Below the pieces are notes generated by a model. It had not been told where the DNA came from. It did no database searches and worked only from the letters and a program-made list of their open reading frames with translations. The translations under genes and the position numbers were made by a program. Positions 52,316 to 52,458 of a stretch of 52,458 bases of DNA are shown piece by piece. Numbering within the stretch: position 1 is the stretch's first letter; each line of letters starts with the position of its first letter. The stretch comes from an uncultured Prevotella sp. (GTDB lineage Bacteria; Bacteroidota; Bacteroidia; Bacteroidales; Bacteroidaceae), in NCBI GenBank assembly GCA_905234355.1, contig CAJOHP010000001.1, forward strand, positions 1 through 52,458, in the 5' to 3' direction.

Positions 52316-52458
52316 ATGAGAAGAATCATTTCTATGCTTTGGGCGCTCACGGCCGCCATCGCCCTGCAGGCCCAGCAACTCGTGGAGGTGCCTGCCGATG
52401 CCGTGGTGGAGCAGTGGACCCTCACGTGCAACGAGTATGACCAGAACGGGCAGGCCAC
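52316..52458 (+). CDS. Secreted protein, 3' truncated; probable paralog of the preceding gene
   Basis: MRRIISMLWALTAAIALQAQQLVEVPADAVVEQWTLTC; the LVEVPADAV motif resembles VALPEGAV / VELPEGVQ in the upstream protein. Confidence 0.65.
   Translation, partial: MRRIISMLWALTAAIALQAQQLVEVPADAVVEQWTLTCNEYDQNGQA

Overview
This is a GC-rich Bacteroidales chromosomal segment, Prevotella-like, judged from TAnnTTTG -7 promoter boxes, many lipoproteins, a T9SS C-terminal signal and the long EF-Ts. The backbone is housekeeping: der, mlaE/mlaF-like ABC, lptB, recQ, guaB, two parvulin PPIases, an OstA-like protein, mutL, OmpA, tRNA-Val, dxs, SIMPL, dinB, rplM-rpsI-rpsB-tsf, a Gre factor, asnS, an RluB-like synthase, purB, trkH/trkA, a nitroreductase and T9SS cargo. 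Two things stand out. (1) A ~14 kb co-oriented accessory locus (1709-15432) combines three paralogous lipoprotein alpha/beta-hydrolases with a non-canonical nucleophile elbow, an adenylate-forming (acyl-CoA ligase-like) enzyme, a Cys-rich lipoprotein and a tripartite RND efflux pump. (2) Four intergenic arrays are built from YTA-N5-TAR palindromic units at an exact 22-bp period, in two unrelated sequence flavours, each next to an accessory lipoprotein gene. The mlaF-like ATPase is frameshifted by an apparent ~20-nt deletion. No integrase, transposase or CRISPR was seen. All family assignments come from motif recognition by eye; no database search was run.
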